Of a DNA stretch of 64,000 bases, positions 1 to 11,939 are shown piece after piece. The stretch's first letter is position 1. Each line of letters begins with the position of its first letter. The stretch comes from Octopus vulgaris (taxonomy: Eukaryota). Below the pieces are notes generated by a model, which saw nothing but the letters and a program-made list of their open reading frames with translations, did not search any database and was not told the origin of the DNA. Position numbers and translations under genes: made by a program. The stretch covers positions 29,326,001-29,390,000 of the forward strand of contig OX597833.1 of assembly GCA_951406725.2 (NCBI GenBank), given 5' to 3'.

Positions 1-345
1 GACCTTTCAGCAGCATTTTGCTCGACTGTTCAGGATGAATGGTAGGACAGATAACAAGGCAGACTTTGGTGTCTACCTGGACAGCCTGCCACCACTCAGT
101 GAGTGAAGCAGAGTGTTGCAAAAGGCCAATAACAGCTGCAGAGATACAGGAGGTGATGAAGAGCTGCACAAGAGACAGATCGCTGGGTTTAGATGGTCTG
201 CTCTACAAGCTTTATATTTCAATGCCAGACTTGTTGGTGGGCCTCTTAGCAGACATCTACTGCAACTGGCAACGGAATGGGAGAATTCCCACTTTTGTCT
301 GTCGATGGGTGGTGACACTGCTGAGAAAAGACCCAAACAAGAGTG
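1..345 (+). mobile_element. Degenerate L1/Tx1-clade LINE RT fragment
   Basis: ORF 39..368 EAECCKRPITAAEI...GLDGLLYKLYISMPDL...WQRNGRIP...VVTLLRKDP aligns with EAECCEGSISPAEV...GLDGLPYKFYCCMPDL...WQQNGRIP...VVTLVQKDP of the LINE ORF at 32901-35351. Confidence 0.85.
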
Positions 346-1167
346 GAATTTGGTCATTCCATGTCTGATATTTTTTGGCCATAATTTCCACAGAGCACCC
401 AATGGATAATTTTTGCCACATTGTCATGTCTTTTGTATTCACATTACGTCAATTTTGGGCATTCACTAACAATGTGCCACACTATTTTACCCCTCTCACC
501 ACACATTCTGCATTTGTCACTCTCGGTTGTTTTATCAATACTGCACTTCATATAGTTTGTTATCAATGCCTGTTCTTGTCATTTCTTCTTTTGAGTTTTT
601 TTTTGTTCTTTAAATTTTTCTTAACACAAGTTTCTTTCTTAACATCAGTTTTGATGATGCCAGACTTTTTTGTATGCATCAATAATGATTCCATGACATT
701 TTTACACACTGTTTTCCTCTGATTCAGCACAATCCTGACAATTGATCAAACCTCTCCCATCCTTTTTCTCTTGAAAAATACAACTGATCAGTGTCACTCT
801 TGGGATGGAATACTCCATACAATGTCAATAATTTCCGTGTCTTCATATCTATACTCATTAGTTCATTCTTTTGCTAGCTTACAATTCCAGCTCCATACCA
901 AAGTAATGCTATCACCTACGTATTTACTGTTTTGTCAGCATCATTATTATTATTACATTTAACTTCTGTGGTATGAAGATGTTACCAAATGAAATTTTTA
1001 TTGGATACTTGTAAAAACGACTACAGCTGTCTAAATGCCCTCAAAAGCCTCATATTATGCTCTACAACTAAATACTACAATGATACCGTCTCACCCCAAA
1101 CAACACAAATCGAGGCACACAGCTGAATGTACAGGAAGAAGAAAATGAACAAACAGTATAGTGAACA

Positions 1168-2306
1168 ATTCATCATCATCATCATCATCATTCATTTAGC
1201 GTCCGTTTTCCATGCTAGCATGGGTTGGACGGTTCAACTGGGGTCTGGGGAGCCCGAAGGCTGCACCAGGCCAGTCAGATCTGGCAGTGTTTCTACAGCT
1301 GGATGCCCTTCCTAACGCCAACCACTCCGAGAGTGTAGTGGGTGATTTTATGTGCCACCGACACAGGTGCCAGACGAGGCTGGCAAACGGCCACGCTCGG
1401 ATGGTGTTTTTTATGTGCCACCGACACAGGTGCCAGACGAGGCTGGCAGACGGCCACGCTCGGATGGTGTTTTTATGTGCCACCGACACAGTTGCCAGAT
1501 GAGGCTGGCGAACGGCCACGATCGGATGGTGTTTGTTACGTGCCCACAGCACGGAGGCCAGTCGATGCGGTACTGGCTATGGTCACGTTCGGATGGTTTT
1601 CTTGTGTGCCACCGGCACTGGTACCACAAAGATACAAATTCCATTGATGTTCATCTATTTTGATTTGTTTTGATTTGATTTGATTTGATTTTCACTTGCC
1701 TCAACAGGTCTTCACAAGTGTCACAAGAAGGAAGGCTGGTATGCACGGCCACGCTCGGATGGTGTTTTTTATGTACCACCGACACAGGTGCCAGACGAGG
1801 CTGGCAGACGGCCACGCTCGGATGGTGTTTTTATGTGCCACCGACACAGGTGCCAGATGAGGCTGGCGAACGGCCACGATCGGATGGTGTTTGTTACGTG
1901 CCCACAGCACGGAGGCCAGTCAATGCGGTACTGGCTACGGCCACGTTCGGATGGTTTTCTTGTGTGTCACAAAGATACAAATTCCATTGATGTTCATCTA
2001 TTTTGATTTGTTTTGATTGATTTTCACTTGCCTCAACAGGTCTTCACAAGTGTCACAAGAAGGAAGGTATGCACAGGTGGACTGACTATGTCCCAGGTAG
2101 GGGCCACGGGTTATGGCCTGACTAGTCTTGCCGGGTCTTCAGATGGTGTTTTTATGTGCCACCGACACAGGTGCCAGATGAGGCTGGCGAACGGCCACGG
2201 TCGGATGGTGTTTGTTACTTGCCCACAGCACGGAGGCCAGTCGATGCGGTACTGGCTACCGCCACGTTCGGATGGTTTTCTTGTGTGCCACCGTCACTGG
2301 TACCAC
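1168..2306 (-). mobile_element. RTE-LINE 3' tail / RTE-derived short element with internal 62-63 bp tandem repeats
   Basis: On the minus strand it ends in ccatgctagcatggaaaacggacgctaaatg+(GAT)n, like the RTE tail at 47821-47890. Unit tgtgccaccgacacaggtgccagacgaggctggc..cggccacgctcggatggtgttt starts at 1351, 1414, 1476 and recurs in higher-order blocks. Confidence 0.75.
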
Positions 2307-2599
2307 GAACAATTAATAGAAGAAAATGTCCCAAACGCATCTTTAAATGTATATTGTTATAATTATTGTTTTATCGTACTGTTTTTCTTTTTCTTTTTTA
2401 TCTATTTTCATGCAAGTATGTTGATTAGCCCTCATCTACTTTTGTGCCTGGTTAGATGCAGCCAGTCAATATCAACTTTGGAGCAGAATGCTACATTCAG
2501 TGTGAGTAGCTTTTCTCAATTTTGGTCTAGCCTCTGTAACTCCTTTTTCCTCCAACTGATAATATCTGCACCATACCTGAGTGGATAACTATCGGACAA

Positions 2600-3510
2600 A
2601 CAGTACTGTGTTTGAAGGATGCTTTAAAAGGAAATGCCGTGGATAATTACAGACCCATTTCATGCCTCCCATTAACATGGAAGCTGCTCATTGGAATAAT
2701 CACTGATGAAATGTATACATATCTCAAGGATAACAGAATTCTAGTGGTTGAGCAGAAGGGCTGTAAACAGAACTGCAGGGAAAATAAAGACTAGCAGCTA
2801 AGAGATAAAATGGCAATGAAAGAAATTTAGCAATAACCTAGACAGATTACCACAAGGCCTATGACATGATACCACATCAATGGATCATTGCATATTTGAA
2901 TATGCTTTGGATTGCAAAGAATGTCAAGAGTTTTTTGAGAAAAGGCATTTTAAATTAGAAGACTAAGCTCATATCTTAAGAACAGAACCTAGAAACAAAG
3001 AATCAAGAGAGGAATTTTTCCAAGAGACAGCAGGTTTCCTTTACTGTTTGTTTTATGTGTGATTCCTTTAACATTGCTACTGAGCAAAAGTAACATCTGG
3101 ATATCAGTTTAAAGGAAAATGTTAACAGATCAACCAGCTATTAGTTACAAATGATGTCAAGCTGTATAGTAAAGAGGAAGCTCAAATCAGTTCTTTAGTG
3201 TACACAATCTATTGCTTTAGAAAGGACATCAAACTGGAATTTCACTTAAAAATATATGGAGCAATATTCCTGATGAGAGGGAAAGTCAAAAGATTTGAAG
3301 GTACAGAATTACCACCAGGAGAAGTCAAGAGAAGTATTTGTAATACTGGGTACAAATACCTGGGCATATTAGATGTGAACAAAGTGATGGAAGAAGAAGA
3401 AATGGAGAAAAGCTAAAGTATCTCTGAAGAGATAGATTAATGTTGTAGTCATAACTGAAGAGAAAAAATAAATTTCAAGCAATCAATACATGGGTGATTG
3501 GATTATTGAA
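2600..3510 (+). mobile_element. Degenerate R4/Dong-like non-LTR RT fragment
   Basis: [34 protein letters not shown] and YKYLGI motifs across broken frames. Confidence 0.7.
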
Positions 3511-3544
3511 GTTTATTACAGATATTATTATGATTATTATTATT

Positions 3545-3757
3545 AAGGTGGTGAGTTGGCAGAATCATTAGCACAGTGGGCAAAATGTTTAGTGGCATTT
3601 TGTCTGTTCTTATTTTCTAAGTTCAAATTCCACCAAGATTGACTTTTCTTTCATCCTTAGGGATCAATGAAATAAAGTACTAATCTAGTATCGGTGTTGA
3701 TGTAATCAACTTATCCCCTCCCTACAAATTACTAGTCTTGTGCCAAAATTTGAAACC
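3545..3757 (+). mobile_element. tRNA-derived SINE (family A); second copy at 3915-4125
   Basis: Head ggtggtgagttggcagaatc..gttcaaattcc, core gacttt(g)cctttcatcct...gat(g)aaataagtacc, (TTA)n tail; recurs many times in the window. Confidence 0.7.
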
Positions 3758-3761
3758 ATTA

Positions 3762-3795
<34 letters not shown>

Positions 3796-3879
3796 GAGTG
3801 AGAGAGCAAAGTGACACTGGGGTACAATGACATGAAGCCCAATATAACCATCATGACTACCTGTGTGATAAGGGTATTA

Positions 3880-3911
<32 letters not shown>

Positions 3912-4505
3912 TGGGTGTGAGCTGGCATATTATTAGCCCACTGGACAAGATGTTTAGCAATATTTAATTTGTTTTTATGTTCTGAGTTTAAATTCTGCCA
4001 AGGCTGACTTTGCCTTTCATCTTTTCGGGTTTGATGAAATAAGTACCAGTCAGGTATTGGGGTTGATGTAATCAACTAGCCACTTTATCTCCAAATTTCA
4101 GCCCTTGTGCCCATAGTGCAAAAGATTGTTGTTGTGTAATGGGTGTGTAGTTAAGAAGTTAGCTTCCCAACAACATGGTTGCCAAGTCTAATCCATGCTA
4201 ACATGGAAAAATGGCTGTAAAAACAAAGGAATTAAAAACAAAAAAAAATTAATCACATGCTTCCATGTCAATCCCACTCACTAAGCAACAGCAGCTATAA
4301 TCCGAAAAGAAGAACAAGTCAACATCATCGATAACCACTGAGCCGCAGGTTTTATGTCGGAGTTATCCCAGTTACCTGAGTTACCTTCTCCTAGAAGGAT
4401 GCCCTAACAAAGGCTAGGAGTCTTTCACTCCTAATGGTTTAACCGTGCGATCGGGTATTCAGTCCGATTATTTCTATGTCCCTGCGCATACATATATATA
4501 TATAC

Positions 4506-4536
<31 letters not shown>

Positions 4537-4586
4537 TGTATATATATATGTATATATACATACATATATATATATACATACATACA

Positions 4587-5433
4587 TACAGGCTAAATTT
4601 GACGAATTTTTAATGCCTCCTTTATTCAGGAGCTGCTTGATGTATTGGTGAACAGCCAATAGTGTTGTACAGCATAACAATTAAAGCTGTAGTTGAGAAA
4701 AAGTTAGCTGACATGGAGGACTGGAAGTTATCTGAATATTAGAAAACAGTTACCTGTATCAAGATGATTCCTGCTGGGCACCAAAATACTGACATCATGA
4801 CTGCTGCTCAGTGCTTTGAAAACATTCTGAAGGTTGTGAGACAAGACATTGACAGCTGCAACAGAGACTATGAAACAGGAAGGAACAAAGCAAAAGTTCT
4901 GACTGCATCCACTTGCCAAAATTCATTCAACAACTGATGAACAGGACCTTAGACTCAATTTAGATGGTTATGTGAAACTACAAGAGACTGTGGTGAAATC
5001 TGGCTGGAGAAGGTTGCTGCTGGAAGCTCATGTATGTTGCAGCTTCTTGCCATAACTTCAGAAAGAGTCAGAAGTGGTTGTTGGATAATTTGTATGACTT
5101 CACCAGCCCTTATTTCTGGCCTCCTAATTCCCACAATTGTAATCTATGTGGGGCACAGTTGAGAAAGACACCAACCACTCTACTTGCAACACCAAGGTCG
5201 AGTTGGTGGCCAAGATCAAGAAGGAGTTTAGAGATCTTCCCAGGAACACAGTAAGGAATGCATGTTCCAGGTTCTGGAGCTGTCTTGATGCTGTGGTGGA
5301 AGCTGAGAGTGGCTACTTCACATAAACTGTTATCTTCTAACCATAATCTAGTTGATTTATTTTGATTTTTGGCATGAATATTGTATTTTATTTTCCTTTT
5401 GATGCAAACATTCAAATTAAGCCAGAACACCCT
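4587..5433 (+). mobile_element. Degenerate Tc1/IS630-type DNA transposon remnant
   Basis: KSQKWLLDNLYDFTSPYFWPPNSHNCNL resembles the WPPNSPDLNP DDE motif; same family as 23391-24212. Confidence 0.65.
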
Positions 5434-6063
5434 GTGCACACATGCACACACATGCATGCATGCACACACATGCATGCATGCACACACACACGTACACACA
5501 CGCACCCCCACACACATACACATGCATAATGGCAATTTCTGCATGCTTGAACACCCTCAAGTGGCTATGTAAACCAATCCTTGATACTGCAAGCCTTCTC
5601 TTTCAGCTTGCAGTTTGTAATTTATAAAGGGAGAGTCAGTCTGTGCAACCTGATCCCTCTCTTTAGACTTGAAGGTCTGATCATAAGGGCTCAGCAAGCT
5701 GAAATGGCTATGCTGACCAGCAAGCAGTAGTGACCTTATAAGGTTGGAGAACCCCACCTAACCTGGAGTTGCTGGAAGAGTGTCAATGAGGGCACTGAAC
5801 CAGTTGGGGGACTCCACTTCTTGATTTGCTATCAAGGTTGATCCCGCTAGCCTTTTCCTTTCCCCTGGCACTCACAAGGCAGTGAGGGTTTGTACTTGGA
5901 GTTTCTTCCATATCATGCTAATTTAACCTCTAGCTGGGACTTTGACAGGTGCTACTGTTCCAGGTCAGAGTAGATCTGGAAATAATAGGGGCTAAAAAGT
6001 GGTTCCACATTCCGAAAAACCCTGAAACTCCCACATAAGTTGCAGGTTAAAGTCATGTCTCGG

Positions 6064-6151
<88 letters not shown>

Positions 6152-6159
6152 CATATATA

Positions 6160-6202
<43 letters not shown>

Positions 6203-6205
<3 letters not shown>

Positions 6206-6426
6206 GGAGTAAACACATAAATGTGAAACAAGGTGGAAAAAAGAGTACTCAAATACCAGTGGTAGAGTAATATGCTTTATTTAAAGCAGCAGAAAATTCA
6301 ACAAAATCTGTTACTCTGAGTTTCTCGTTGCCGTTCATCAGCTAGCAAAAACTGTCTGATGAATGGCAACGAGAAACTCAGAGTAACAGATTTTGTTGAA
6401 TTTTCTGCTGCTTTAAATAAAGTATA
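6203..6426. mobile_element. Short fold-back element with hammerhead motif (Penelope pLTR-like)
   Basis: 71-bp inverted arms 6271-6341 / 6356-6426 with a 14-nt spacer, flanked on both sides by (TA)n. Confidence 0.75.
6352..6389 (+). ncRNA. Minimal type-I hammerhead ribozyme motif
   Basis: ctgt-CTGATGA-atggcaacga-GAAAC-tcaga-GTA-acag: helix I ctgt/acag, near-palindromic helix III ACTC-A-GAGT, GUA cleavage triplet. Confidence 0.75.
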
Positions 6427-6496
6427 TATATATATATATATATTAAGGTTAATGAAATTGTCTTGCCCCTTCTATAAAATTTCAGGACTATTATTA

Positions 6497-6771
6497 TTGT
6501 CAATCTACTTCATTTTGGTTAATATATAAAGGATTGAAGTAACTCCTCCAGAAGATATAGAGTCAAAATTAAAAGAAGAATACCATTGTCATCTAGTGAA
6601 TGATATTTCAATCCTTTCTATATTAACCAAAATGAAGTAGATTGACAAAATTATTTTTTGAACTTGTTGAAGACACACAAGATGTTGAAATATCGTTCAC
6701 TAGATAACAATGGCACTCTTATTTTAATTTTGACTATATCTTCTGGAGGAGTTACCTCAATCCTTTATATA
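6497..6771. repeat. Interleaved inverted repeats (A B A' B')
   Basis: 6497-6526 is the reverse complement of 6619-6648; about 6521-6612 is the imperfect reverse complement of about 6686-6771. Confidence 0.8.
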
Positions 6772-6795
6772 TTATTATTATTATTATTATTATTG

Positions 6796-7348
6796 AGTGA
6801 GAGAGTAGTGCATGCCATCAAAGTGACACTGGGGTAAAATATATGAAGCCCAGTATACCCATCATGACTACCCGTCTGATAAGGGTACGCCAGGCACATG
6901 CATCACAGCTATATGTGCACGACATGGTGATCTCATATCAAGACAAACAGCACATGACCTCGCAGGTGGGGCCCAGTTAGAATTTTCTTCTGGCCGAGTA
7001 ACCCATCCCGCTCAAAAGGTCCTTGAATAAGGGTTGTTTAAGGATGTTGAATGAAACACCCATGTTTCCAGAGGTGAATTATTCAAACCCCAAAGAATCC
7101 CTCTCAACACATGGCTATGATGCTCCCCCACTACTTCTGCTCATGATCAGAGATGCACATATCATCAGCCACTAAGGGACATGCTCAACTGGTTAAAGTC
7201 AAACAACTGACAAGCAAATCTGTGGTATTGAGCAGAATATTTGCTGTAGCCCATCTTTTATACCAAGACAAAACAATGTACATGATAACACTTCCAATCA
7301 GTTAAGATCAGAAGCCATGTGAGCCACTGCCTGGTACTGCATCAGGGT
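6796..7348 (-). mobile_element. Unclassified ~550-bp non-coding interspersed element at (TAA)n
   Basis: Co-terminal second copy at 8982-9487 and a partial copy at 3796-3876; all abut (TTA)n. Confidence 0.7.
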
Positions 7349-7378
7349 ATTCCTCCTCCCCTCCTCCTCCCTCCTCCT

Positions 7379-7379
7379 C

Positions 7380-7432
<53 letters not shown>

Positions 7433-7488
7433 GATGATGATGATGATGATGAATATAATAATAATAATAATAATAATAAAAATAATAA
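7379..7488. repeat. (GAT)n then (AAT)n microsatellite
   Basis: Direct reading; explains the poly-D/poly-N ORF 7319..7624. Confidence 0.95.
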
Positions 7489-7886
7489 TTTGCCTTTAGA
7501 AGTTGAAATATGTTACAAACATATTTTAACTAACCTAAAGTTCATTTATTCCTGTGTGGTGCTGATACAGCTGTTTTTATTCCAACCAGGAAGTCTAACA
7601 GCACAACTCAATCACTATTGGTGATTGTTTTTAGATAAAGCTATAGCTTTAAATCTTCCCAGAGTTACTTTTCTTCAGTATTTCCCACCAAGGAAGGCTA
7701 AAGAGCCAGAAACGTCATATCTGAGAATCTGATAGTGGGAACCACTGGACAGATATAGTGTTTTTCACCTTTGAGCATAAGAGAGAATTTTTCTTCATGG
7801 TAAATACAGTGAATTTGCCTTTAGAAGTTGCAATATGTCACAAACATATTTTAACAAGCCTAAAGTTTGATCACTGTCATTATTAT

Positions 7887-8945
7887 TAAGGCAGTGAGCT
7901 GGCAGAATTGTTAGCATGCCAGATAAAATGCTTAGTGGCATTTCTTCTGGCTTTATGATCTAAAATCAAATTCTGCCGAGATCAATTTTGCCATTCATCA
8001 TTTCAGGGTCGATAAAATAAAGTATCAGTCAAATACTAATAAATAATGGAAGTCTGTCGGGGTTCGACAATGACACTCGTGACGCCGGAGGTGTGAGCGA
8101 AATCCAAAGGCGGATGTGCAGACACGGCCACATGTTGGGCATGTAACAGCAGAAGTAGGGTTGGGGATCCTCTCTTTTCGGGCTTGTCGTTTCTGGTCCC
8201 GGCTCTTGAGGTACTTTTCCTTGAACAGCTTAACATCCTTTTGGACAGCTGGACACCAGGTGCTGTGGCCAAAGGCAAGCAATTCCCAGCCACGAGCTGA
8301 AATGCCACAGCCCTCAAAGGAAGTTTTCAGGCTGTCCTTGTATCGCCTCAGTGGCCTTCCAGGATTTCTTGCTCCAGAAGCCAGCTTAGAGAAGATCATC
8401 TTTGGTAGACGTGCATCATCCATTCGGACTACATGTTCGACCCACCCGAGCTGGGCCTTTATGACGAGGGCCTTCAATCCCAGGCATTTCGGCTCTGCGA
8501 AGCACCTCAGTGTTGGAGGCTCTGTCCTCCCAGGAAATTCCCATGATTCGTCGCAAGTAGCAGAAGTGGAACTGGTCAAGTACTCGCATTTGCCTCCTAT
8601 ACAGCATCCACATCCCACAGTCATAGATCAGAGAGGTGATGACGACTGACTTATATACTATCAGCTTGGTGGAAAGTCTGATGCCTCATTCGGCCCACAC
8701 ATGTGTCCAAAGTCTGCCAAACAAAGCTCCTGCTTTTGCAAACATCATAGTGACATCTTTGTCCATGCTGCAGTTTGAGGACAGGCAGCTTCCCAGATAT
8801 GTAATGCTCTCCACCTTGTTCAGAGTTGTACCGTCAATCTCAATCTGAGGTTCAGGAGGTGTTAGGCCAGTCAAGCACTAGGGTCAATGTAATTGACTTA
8901 CCTCATTCCCACAGAATTTCAGGCCTTGTGCCTATTGAAGAAGGG

Positions 8946-8947
<2 letters not shown>
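7887..8947 (+). mobile_element. Family A SINE split by an RTE insertion
   Basis: SINE 5' part 7887-8038 resumes at 8868-8947. Confidence 0.7.
8039..8867 (-). mobile_element. 5'-truncated RTE LINE (RT thumb and C-terminal zinc finger)
   Basis: ITYLGSCLS, LGWVEHVVRMDDARLPK and CPTCGRVCTSAFGFRSHLRRH motifs; degenerate TSD cagtcaaatacta 8026-8038 / cagtcaagcacta 8868-8880. Confidence 0.85.
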
Positions 8948-8980
<33 letters not shown>

Positions 8981-8981
8981 T

Positions 8982-9487
8982 GAATGAGAGAACAGTGCAT
9001 GCCATCAAAGTGAGACTGGGGTAAAATATGTAAAGCCTAGTATACCCATCATGACTGATTAGGGTACACCAGGCACATGCATCACATGCATATGTTCGCA
9101 GCATGGTGATCTCATATCAAGATAAACAGTGCATGACCTTGCAGGTGGAACCCGTTAGAATTTTCTTTAGGTCGAGTAACCCATTCCACTCCAAAGGTCT
9201 CTGGATAAGGTTGTTTAAGGATGTTGAACCCATGTTTCCAGAGGTGAATTATTCAAATCTCAAAGAATTCCTCTTGACACATTGCTATCATACTCCCCCA
9301 CTACTTCTGCTTATGATCAGAGATGCGCATATTTTCAGCCACCATGGGACATGCTCAACTGGTTAAGGTCAAACAACTGTAGTATTGTGCAGAATATTTG
9401 CAAGACAAAACAATGTACATGATAACACTTCCAATCAGTTAAGATCAGAAGTCATGAGAGCCACTGCCTGGTATTGCATCAGGGCAC
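8982..9487 (-). mobile_element. Second copy of the (TAA)n-associated ~550-bp element
   Basis: Colinear with 6796-7348 with small deletions. Confidence 0.7.
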
Positions 9488-9501
9488 TTATTATTATTAT
9501 T

Positions 9502-11350
9502 TGTGGTGTTATGAGCCAGGCTGTGTTGTACGGAAGGATCAGAAGTGAGGGAGTAGACATGTTCTGTCGGAAGTGTCCCCGGTGGGTCCCACAGGAAGTA
9601 CTGCAGTGGGCATGTGGCATCAGTGCAGTGCAAGGGGTCAGTTGATGGTGGACAGTGCATCGGAGCAGATGTGTGAGACTGTACAGTGATGGATAGCACA
9701 CGAGGATGTGGAGTGAACCTTGCAGATCAAGACAGCATGTGGACATTAAAGTGACCCTTTTTCTGGACTTGCAGGTAGGACTACCGTAACTCTCTCTTCA
9801 CTTTCGTCTTTTCCTTCCTTTACATCACAAGCTATTTCAGCAGGTAGTCTCGTCCGAGTCGAGGGCAGCCCTGAGTGGTTTCATGGTCTTTTGAACTCTC
9901 TCCCCAAAGTTCTTTACAACTTTCCCTTGCGGTACTTGTTGGTTATTGGACTTGTCCCCGTATTTAGCCTTGGAGTAAGGAGTGGCTGTGGTGTGTCGAC
10001 TGAGTGACTTGGAGCTGAGGAGATTGCATACCATGCATTACATGGGGGTGGACAGGACCCCGTTCCTAGCCAGGAAAGTTGACTCTTACATGATCCGGCA
10101 GAGTGTGCAAAGAGTAGTTGGGAGCTGCGACAGATGCCAGTCCACTGACCCCACTCTGAGTGTGCATGAGGCAGGAAGCATTCCAGTGGAACACAATTGG
10201 AAATGACTGGTAGTGGACATGATGCACTACCGGCAGGGAACATACCTCTTGATGGTCAGCTGTGGACTGGGATGGTTGGCCATATGGAGGGAGATGAAGA
10301 CAGGGATCGCGGAAGAAATTACAAGAATATTGATTGAGATATTCCTAGAATGAGGACCCGTGGATGAGCTGCTTATAGACAATGGCACTGTGTTTCACTC
10401 GGAGGTGTTGGGGAAATTCTCGACAAGTGGCATGTCAGCCATTTCTTCAGGGTGGCATACCAGCCAAGTGGCAAGTGTTATTGTACCATCAAGATCATAG
10501 CAGAGAGGGGCCACATCTCACCAGTTGAGGCTGTTTTTTGGTATATGTCACCCAGGATGGGACAAGCTGAAGAGTCAGTGCCACACACGGCAATATTCAA
10601 GTACAAGCAGAGACATCTGTGTACTGCATTGCCGCATCTCACAGAAGAGAAAGAGCATGCCTTTGTGCAGGTCAGAGAAGAAGTCTAGGTTAAACCTCCA
10701 AATGTGTGGTGCACATGTCAGTGGGGAAAGGGGACAATAATCTCTGTGAATTCAAGGAACAATGTGTTGGTAGATGGCATGCCATAACATGTTTTGGATG
10801 TGCACAGAATCAACACTGACGGAGGATGGGGCCAACAGTAATGGACAAGGGGATGAAGCTGGTGGCAACATGCCAGGAACTGAGACCAGTCCTGAAGTCA
10901 CAGAGGGAGCAGTGCCCTTCTCACTGGTTGGCTGATTATGAGACAAGTTAAGGCTTGTGGTTGGGGTTGAGAAGAGGGTGTGGGCAGGTCGGTTGAATGA
11001 TCTTCAGATCAGGGGTGTGTGTGTGGTGTTATGAGCCAGGCTGTGTTGTAGGGAAGGATTGGAAGTGAGGGAGTAGGCATGCCCTGTCAGAAGTGGGGTC
11101 AGTGGGCCCCACTGGAAGTGCTGTGGTGGGCACGCAGCATCAGTGAAGTGCGAGGAATCAGTTGGCAGTGGATAGCACATCAGAGCAGATGTTTGAGAGT
11201 GTACAGCAACAGATAGCGCACATGGACATGGAGTGAACCTTGCAGATCGAGACAGCATGTGAACATTGAAAGTGACCCTTTTTCTGGACTTACAGGTAAG
11301 ACTACCATAATTCTCTCTTCACTTCCATCTTTTTCTTCCTTTACATCACA
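9502..11350 (+). mobile_element. Internally deleted Gypsy-type LTR retrotransposon with both LTRs
   Basis: LTRs 9502-9829 and 11022-11350 (tgtggtgt...acatcaca, TG..CA); internal integrase remnant LHTMHYMGVDRT...SCDRCQ (HHCC) and DNGTVF. Confidence 0.85.
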
Positions 11351-11939
11351 TTATTATTACCCACAATGAGGCTTTATAATATTGAAATTATTTCCGTTCT
11401 GATTCATACTGTGCTGTGTGTAAGTAAATATTGTTCAATTAATAACAAGCGATCAAAAGCTTAAAAATGCAAACTAGATTATCTATCACAGTGCTAACCT
11501 AACTCATGATTGTTTTATGAGCAGCTGATCTATCCAATTGAATGGTGAAAGATTCTTTGTGTCCCTTCTGACGTGCATTCAACAAACTGGGAAATGATTT
11601 GACAGGAGACTTACATTTTTTCTGCACATGATTAATATAGAAAAAATCTGTTTACATTCTTATTTAACCCCTTATGAGGCTATTAAATTCTTCTAATTTA
11701 CAGTGTGTTGTGCATATGTATGTATGCATGTATGCATACGAAAAGAGGTATGTGTGTGTGTGTGTGTGTATATTCTTTTACTGTCTTTTAGTCAACAGAC
11801 TATGTTATGCTGGGACACTCACACGTAGTGTCTTAGTGAATCACGTCAATCCTAGTACTTAGTCTGGTTATTATATCGATCTCTAACAAATGCCTCTGCT
11901 ACTTGTTTTTTTACATAATGAAAATAAATTGATAAACTA

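Noticed and set aside
1345-2306. Regularly spaced repeats as a possible CRISPR array
   Set aside because: Units are contiguous tandem copies with no unique spacers, lie in an RTE tail, and there are no cas genes
7319-7624. Poly-P/D/N ORF as a host exon
   Set aside because: Composed of (CCT)n, (GAT)n and (AAT)n microsatellites
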